Part shown: positions 33,142-33,637 of the stretch, in pieces
Layout of the letters: every line of letters starts with the position of its first letter
Position numbering within the stretch: position 1 is the first letter of the stretch
Assembly (NCBI GenBank): GCA_040143965.1
Contig: JASJQH010000072.1
Span: forward strand, 1-33,637
DNA: 33,637 nt
From: Basidiobolus ranarum
Taxonomy: Eukaryota
Direction: 5' to 3'
Notes under the pieces: model-generated
Databases searched by the model: none
What the model saw: only the letters and a program-made list of their open reading frames with translations
What the model was told of the DNA's origin: nothing
Made by a program: the position numbers and the translations under genes

Positions 33142-33637
33142 CGTGTTGGAAGGTTAAAAATAATTGGTGACTGGTTGATATGCAGGTTGTTTGTTTCTAA
33201 AATGTGAGAGTTTTGGAACCGGCCAGTTGTTGAACCGGCCTTGTTAACTATATACGTACTAAAGGGCGATATTAAGGGGCGCTGTTAAGAACAGGCTATA
33301 ACTCAAGGTGCTTATAGAAAGGTGTGGATTTCGTAATTTGAGCGGCGTACCACGATATAAAGCGATTTCAGAGAAAAGGGGTGATATCAGTTTTTTGATT
33401 AGAAACAGGAGTAGAAACGATGCTATCAATGTGTCGTACAAGAGTACAAAAGATCCAAACTTACATAATTAGATATACATAGTTCTTTATGTACTGACAA
33501 TATCGACAACCAGCCAATCAAGGCTACTACCTTGTTTATTTGTCTAGGATGATTATATTAGGCGTCAACTATATTTAGCAAAGATGAATTCCAAGCATGA
33601 ATGGAAGCGAGTGAATGGAAGCGAGTGAAAATGGTAT

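Overview
Eukaryotic, AT-rich, gene-dense window with many short (~55-100 nt) spliceosomal introns. It is most consistent with an early-diverging (non-Dikarya) fungus, e.g. a Basidiobolus-like Zoopagomycota/Mucoromycota genome; the taxon is inferred. Contents in order: a CpG-depleted, 5'-truncated AA11 LPMO + CBM5/12 pseudogene; RPS27; an orphan; an Sds3-like gene; MRPL32; Mba1/mL45; SEC61 alpha; SYF2; a BRF2-like TFIIB-family factor; a secreted KR-punctuated precursor; a conserved hypothetical; an SH3BGR-like gene missed by the ORF track; methylglutaconyl-CoA hydratase; an orphan; a PTR2 transporter; GH37 trehalase; PTC7; inositol polyphosphate kinase; and a sphingomyelin-synthase-family gene. 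The most striking signal is unusual splicing. The trehalase needs a single-nucleotide exon (G at 26687) to rebuild its YYWD motif. There are two clear AT-AC minor-spliceosome (U12) introns (6945-7026, 31212-31291), a probable third in a 5'UTR (15631-15765, minus), and a GC-AG intron in PTC7. All gene models were built by eye from splice signals and frame continuity; no database searches were run.
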